From: Styela clava
Taxonomy: Eukaryota
Assembly: GCF_964204865.1 (NCBI RefSeq)
Contig: NC_135251.1
Location: 17,484,001-17,548,000 of the forward strand
Length of the DNA stretch: 64,000 bases
Direction of reading: 5' to 3'
Shown: one piece after another, positions 62,449 through 64,000 of the stretch
Position numbering within the stretch: the first letter of the stretch is position 1
Layout of the letters: each line of letters starts with the position of its first letter
Notes under the pieces: generated by a model
The model's database searches: none
What the model saw: the letters and a program-made list of their open reading frames with translations, nothing else
Told to the model about the DNA's origin: nothing
Program-made: the position numbers and the translations under genes

Positions 62449-63885
62449 GTTTGTGATGGTATTGTTGACTGTCGTAACGGCTCGGATGAAACAAAAGAAC
62501 TTTGCGGCAGTAAAAGATTTTTCTGTCCAGCCTTTCAAGGTTGATATTGTATAGGCTACACTCCGACTGACGTCCAATTTCCAACATTACCTTTGTTGTG
62601 GGAGCGGGGGACAAACTTTTCTGCTGCCCAGGGCGAGTTTCTGATAATGATGTACTTTATACCTAAGTTCATGAATACTTCGGAGGTTAACAAATTATAA
62701 ATGTTGTTATATATGAGAATGAATAAATTAAAGGGCAATTAAGAATGAATTGTTTGTATTATAGCGCTAAATCACGCAATGGCCAGGGAAGCCCAATAGC
62801 GGGAAATTGAGTGGGATATTGAGCAGTTTTTTATTCAAATAAAAAGAGATCAGACAATGATTCCTCTTTGCAGGGCGTTTATTGCTCGAAGGATTTAATT
62901 TGGAGATCCAGTACTATATGCACCATACTGGGAGTATTGTCTGTTCTTTTAAGCGAAACTTCAGTTATTACAATGTTGCTGCTGACAAGTTGCCGAACAT
63001 ATTCAATTTATAGGGTGAGACCTTTTATTATCTCACTATAACTGTATGAATGCGGAAAGCAACGTTTTTTATTTATTGCTATGATATAAATATATACTTT
63101 ATTGTCGTTTACATACCAGATCGTATAAAGATTCGTCAATCTTTTCTAACGTATTATTTCAAAAGTACCAGAAAAGCTGGGATGCCGTTTGAACGTGGCT
63201 GTTATCCAATCACAGAACAAATACATTCAAAATGCATTATGATTTTTTTTTTAATTTTTCATTTTTGGCGTAGGCTAAATCAAAGGCAGGGAAGATTTAG
63301 GACACAAATTGGACTGTACATCCAATTCCCGATTCATTTGAGCTTCAGTCGCAGTAACCTCTAGTAGGCATTCATATATTACATTTGAAGACACCCAAGT
63401 CCTCGATTGTCTGTATATATACATCAAATCGTTCATTGTCTATTCGGGAAAAATTATGGAGAAATTTTGCAATTTGACTATTTCACACTCCATATATACA
63501 TGGTTGGCATACGCGGCCAAAGCATAAAACTGCGCTGTTCTGTTTTGTCAACGAGCCTATATTAATTCATTCGCACTTACGGTAAAATAACTACTAAGTG
63601 GCAATTACTAACAAAATTCTATTTATTAACACCCAGCCTTTCAAATCATCTCGTCATCCACAAAAGAAACTGTAGCCTATTTTTGATGATATTGCTTGCC
63701 TGGGGAATATCCTTCTTAATTGCTACACTTCCGCTGTCTACAAGTTTATCTGGAATGTTCGTTAGCCTCGCAGAATTTGAGTATTCTTCATATTCTTCAA
63801 ACGCAACTGTTACACAAGACAACACTAAAAACACTTTTTACGAGTCTTCTTACATATGATCTGAAACCGAATACGACATTTCCAG
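62449..63885 (+). pseudogene. Decayed A-type LDLa-GPCR copy D (probably continues beyond the window)
   Basis: LDLa exon 62449-~62540 joins directly to the intron following the TM2 exon, so three exons are deleted. TM3 exon 62874-63014. TM4 exon 63637-63885 has indels giving an in-frame TAG (~63674) and a later frameshift. Introns align with gene A. Confidence 0.88.
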
Positions 63886-64000
63886 GTGATGAGTCTAGCA
63901 GACCTCTGCTTCGAAAAGTGTTGTTATTGACTTTAAAAGCCATATTTTTAGACCACAAGAAAAAAAATCAAGATATATATTGCAGTTATGTTCATCAAAT

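Overview
AT-rich animal genomic DNA with spliceosomal introns, probably an ascidian (tunicate); the taxon is inferred, not shown. Bases ~1.6-49 kb hold a tandem cluster of RXFP/LGR-related class A GPCR genes on the + strand, in which multiple LDLa-type repeats join the hinge and 7TM directly with no leucine-rich repeats. Gene A is 5'-incomplete (1631-6727). Genes B (11882-25499, ~982 aa) and C (34229-47156, ~980 aa) each have 19 exons and look intact. There is an orphan 3' fragment of A (27645-29100) and a decayed A-type copy D (62449-63885). B and C arose from a ~21.7 kb tandem duplication (5722-27464 / 27465-49118). They show a variable ectodomain patch, gene conversion of the TM6-TM7 exon and a shared probable GC-AG intron. 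Downstream is an intronless SmG (SNRPG)-like copy whose canonical start reads ATA. After it comes a nested transposon complex: an ISL2EU-type element with YqaJ and THAP remnants contains a P-like element (itself containing a hAT/Charlie element) and a PHD-APE-RT LINE. A collagen/neck (collectin/ficolin-like) gene fragment abuts pseudogene D. Many MITE insertions have target-site duplications and an empty site in a paralog. Exon models were built by hand from splice signals, phase and paralog comparison.
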